Of a stretch of 54,893 nt of DNA, positions 52,182-54,893 are shown one piece after another. The position numbers and the translations under genes were made by a program. The number at the start of each line of letters is the position of its first letter. The first letter of the stretch is position 1. The notes under the pieces were generated by a model. That model ran no database searches. It saw only the letters and a program-made list of their open reading frames with translations, and was not told the origin of the DNA. The stretch is from Acidobacteriota bacterium (GTDB lineage Bacteria; Acidobacteriota; Vicinamibacteria; Vicinamibacterales; CAVVIG01): NCBI GenBank assembly GCA_023265155.1, contig JAHFUL010000003.1, positions 7,915 to 62,807 on the forward strand, given 5' to 3'.

Positions 52182-52273
52182 GCTGTCTGCGGGGGCCTCG
52201 GGCCTAAGCGTCCCATAACGGGGCGTTCTGTTGACCAGAGGCCTCTAATCCGGCCTCAATCCGGCCTATTGTC
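52182..52273. repeat. copy 2 of the ~85-bp direct repeat (with an 11-bp internal duplication AATCCGGCCTC)
   Basis: Aligns base for base with 48972-49052 apart from a few substitutions or indels. Confidence 0.9.
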
Positions 52274-52699
52274 CTGCTGGCGGCCGGCGGGTTCGCTGGC
52301 ATCATGAAGGGGACAGGCATGCTGACCGCCCTGGCGACGGCGGTGGCAGGCGTGGTGCCGCCCGGCATGGCGCATCACATTCCCGTCGTGCTGGCCGTCT
52401 TCTCGATGCCCCTCAGTCTGGTGTTCGATCCCGATTCGTTCTATCTCGGGGCCCTCCCGGTGATTGCCGAAGCGGGACGCGCGCTTGGCGTGCCGCCGAT
52501 CCAGGTCGCGCAGGCGGCGCTCCTCGGGCAAATGACGACGGGTTTCCCGGTGAGCCCGTTGACGCCAGCGACGTTCTTGCTGGTCGGTCTCGCGCGCCTC
52601 GACCTCGCCGAGCATCAGAAGTTCACCGCGCCGTGGCTGTTTGCCGCCACCATCGTGATGACGTTGGCGTGCATGGCGCTTGGCGTGTTCCCGCTGTGA
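52274..52699 (+). pseudogene. C-terminal ~140 codons of a second CitMHS transporter gene (5-prime truncated)
   Basis: [17 protein letters not shown]...[17 protein letters not shown] parallels residues ~290-431 of the intact copy at 31952-33247. Starts exactly at the repeat boundary. Confidence 0.75.
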
Positions 52700-52812
52700 G
52701 GGCGATCCGCACGGGCACGATGGCGATCCCCGAGCCGTACGCCTCCGGATGAGGAGACTGCCCTGATCGAAGCACCGCGAACGCGCGACTGATGCGGGTT
52801 CCCGGCTGGCGC

Positions 52813-54054
52813 TCACAGGCTCTGGAGGAACTGCAACACCTTCGCCTTCTCGCTCTCCGGCAGCCGTTGAAACTTCTCGGCTTCTTCGGCGGCCGTGTTC
52901 TTGTGTCGCTGAATCGCCTCCTGCAGCGTGCTGGCGCTGCCATCGTGCAGCAGGGGGACCTTGCGAAGGAGGCGTGTGCCGAGACCCCAGAGCGCCGCCG
53001 TGCGAACTTTGTGGCGGGCCTCCACAGGCATGCCTTCACGGAGGACGTCCGAGCCGGTGCCGATGTCGTGCAAGAGGAAGTCCCCGAACGGGTGAAATAT
53101 CTTGTTCCCCAGTGCGTTCGGCACTCGGAATGCTCCACCGTTGACGAGCGTTCCGGACTTGCTCGTCACGAGCTGCGGCAGATGGCACGTGCCACAGCCG
53201 ATGGATTCGAATGTCTTGGACCCGGCGTCGATGTTGGCGCCTGCCGATCGATCGCCTGAGGACGCGCCGGGAGGCGCGGACAACGCGCGCATGAACGCGG
53301 CGAACTTCTCGACATCCTCGCCGAACGTGCCTCCCGTATCCTCAGGATCGGCCACACCATCGTCCACGATCGCTCCGAGAAACGTATTGTCGTCCGGCAT
53401 CAGGCGAGAGGTGATGCCCATCTCGTTTCGGTAGGCGTCAGCGGAGAACGAGAGCAAGCTCGCATGCTGAGCCGCCCACCCGAAGCGCCCCACCGCCTTC
53501 TTGCCCGGGGCCTCAAGCACGTCCACCTCACGAACCAGACCTCGAATCCGTCCATTGGTGCGGGCACTTTGATCCTGTGCGGTTCGCCGCAGCATCTCGT
53601 CGCTGACCGACTCCACGAATCCTGCACCGAACAGGGATGGCGTGATGAAGCGCTCGCGGACGTTCTCGCTGGCAGGCAACGCATCGACCTCGGGCGTCAG
53701 ACCGGCAAGCGCTTTCAGCGTGACCAGCGTACCGCCTGGCGCCGGACTGAACGCGTTGTTGGCGCCCTCGTGGCCTGCACGAAGCTCGGTGACGTTGCTG
53801 CCGCCACCGGGCAATGCCTGGCCCGGCGCCGGGTGGCAGTTCGCACACGAGCTGTCGTTGAAATGGGCGCCGAGACCGTCGCTGGGTGTCTCGACCTCCG
53901 CAAAGGCCCCCGTCGCGCTCTCGAACTCCTCTGGAGAGAGGAGGCCGTTCTGCATCTCGAAGCTTTGAGGTGCCGGCTTGGCACAGCCTATCGCAGCGAA
54001 CGCGAGAAGGCCGACCGTGAGGTTTGCAAAGAACCGAAGACGCCAGACGCACAT
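52813..54054 (-). CDS. di-haem cytochrome c peroxidase-like lipoprotein (DUF1111 family)
   Basis: Lipobox AAIGC. Two CxxCH motifs (CANCH, CGTCH). C-terminus typical of the family. Confidence 0.85.
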   Translation of the reverse strand: MCVWRLRFFANLTVGLLAFAAIGCAKPAPQSFEMQNGLLSPEEFESATGAFAEVETPSDGLGAHFNDSSCANCHPAPGQALPGGGSNVTELRAGHEGANNAFSPAPGGTLVTLKALAGLTPEVDALPASENVRERFITPSLFGAGFVESVSDEMLRRTAQDQSARTNGRIRGLVREVDVLEAPGKKAVGRFGWAAQHASLLSFSADAYRNEMGITSRLMPDDNTFLGAIVDDGVADPEDTGGTFGEDVEKFAAFMRALSAPPGASSGDRSAGANIDAGSKTFESIGCGTCHLPQLVTSKSGTLVNGGAFRVPNALGNKIFHPFGDFLLHDIGTGSDVLREGMPVEARHKVRTAALWGLGTRLLRKVPLLHDGSASTLQEAIQRHKNTAAEEAEKFQRLPESEKAKVLQFLQSL

Positions 54055-54252
54055 GAGTCGCCTCCTCAGGAATACAGTGCCCCGATTATGACGGCGTTTT
54101 CCCCGGATGGCATTCGATGGTCTGTGCGGCCGAGCTTCAGACGCGCCCGAAGACGCGTGCTCTTTCCGGGAGCTGAACCTTCCTCAGTCGGAACCAGATG
54201 GCCAATGGGTTGAGGCAGCTCGATGGATGAAGCGGCTGTCGTGCCTGAGCCA

Positions 54253-54582
54253 TCAGCGCTTTGCCACGAGCCGATCGGACGACAGAGCGAGCAGGTGCAG
54301 CACGCGTCCTGCCTCATCTCCAACCTGGAGGTGCAGCGCGCCGTTCTCCACGCGCCACCGTCCCGCCCGCTGGCGTGCCAGGTCCGTGGCGCCGGCCGTG
54401 GCCTGCGTCAGCGTGCCGTCCGGCGAGAGGCGCATGCCGTCGCGGCTACGAGAGGGGGGAAACGGATAGGACGGCGGGCGGAAGACCATTTCCGTCGCGG
54501 TGTCCTCCTCCGGCGAGCGCACCCAGCTCCCGTGCAGGGCCTCGGGATCGATGTCGGGCTTGCTCACTGACGCTCCCTTCAC
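54253..54582 (-). CDS. hypothetical 109-aa protein
   Basis: Good codon usage. GSWVRSPEED...VFRPPSYPFPPSR pattern looks like a conserved small protein. No function known to me. Confidence 0.55.
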   Translation of the reverse strand: MKGASVSKPDIDPEALHGSWVRSPEEDTATEMVFRPPSYPFPPSRSRDGMRLSPDGTLTQATAGATDLARQRAGRWRVENGALHLQVGDEAGRVLHLLALSSDRLVAKR

Positions 54583-54597
54583 TCCGCTCGAGGTCTG

Positions 54598-54893
54598 TCA
54601 GGCTTTTCGGGGCACCCAGGACACGCCATCGAACCAGCGTGACGCCTTGTCACCCACTTCCACGGCGCGCGGCGCGGCGCGACGCCGGGCGCGCGTCGCG
54701 TTCTTGGTGGCCCTTGGCAGCCTCAGGCGCTCGCTGGCCACTGGCGTCAGGCCCTCGGAGGCGGCGAGCGAACTGCGTGGGCCCGCCAGCGTCAGGTTCA
54801 TGCGATCGACCTGTCCCTTGGTGAACATGAACATGGCGTCGTCGTCGACGTAGTCCATGTAGTTCATGAACATGTCGCCGTGGGGCCCGTTGT
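54598..54893 (-). CDS. M43 (pappalysin/ulilysin-like) zinc metalloprotease, C-terminal part; N-terminus beyond the window
   Basis: [24 protein letters not shown] is the conserved Met-turn region of family M43B. The frame is open to the window edge. Confidence 0.7.
   Translation of the reverse strand, partial: NGPHGDMFMNYMDYVDDDAMFMFTKGQVDRMNLTLAGPRSSLAASEGLTPVASERLRLPRATKNATRARRRAAPRAVEVGDKASRWFDGVSWVPRKA

Noticed and set aside
30009-54893. attR, a direct repeat of the tRNA-Ala 3-prime end that would delimit the island.
   Set aside because: None was found by eye. A partial TCGAGCCTCC match at about 48225 lies inside the transposase wreck and lacks the rest of the tRNA end. A computational search is needed before concluding anything.

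Overview
GC-rich chromosomal window from a diderm (Gram-negative) bacterium. The lineage guess of an Acidobacteriota-like soil organism rests only on my impression of the repeat families and is unverified. Bases 1-30,000 are core housekeeping: Kdo/LPS genes kdsA-kdsD-kdsC-lapB, coaE, folD, a liv-type ABC amino-acid transporter, thiE, accB-accC, pepP, a type IV pilus operon pilMNOPQ with three extra co-oriented genes, rplM-rpsI, rpsB-tsf-pyrH-frr, pfk and tRNA-Ala(CGC). Directly after the tRNA lies a truncated tyrosine-integrase remnant, and the content becomes accessory: a tannase/CitMHS/AtuA-like/DUF4387/secreted-hydrolase operon; a five-gene minus-strand operon coding a GMC oxidoreductase, a Gfo/Idh/MocA oxidoreductase, an internally duplicated membrane protein and two VTT/DedA-like membrane proteins; a Phd/PIN toxin-antitoxin pair; a Uma2 endonuclease trailing cysD-cysN-cysH. 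Bases 47.4-52.8 kb are a mosaic of gene wrecks (ISKra4-type transposase, HNH, HEPN, epimerase, second CitMHS/AtuA locus) around two more PIN toxin-antitoxin pairs and an orphan membrane protein, the core of it bracketed by an ~85-bp direct repeat. Intergenic DNA carries several REP-like palindrome families, one copy in frame inside a CDS, and short-period (7, 9, 16 bp) tandem repeats, two of them G-quadruplex motifs. No rRNA, CRISPR array, intact transposase or intact integrase was seen. The best candidates for something undescribed are the repeat-bracketed TA/membrane-protein cassette, the oxidoreductase plus VTT membrane operon, and the three genes appended to pilQ.
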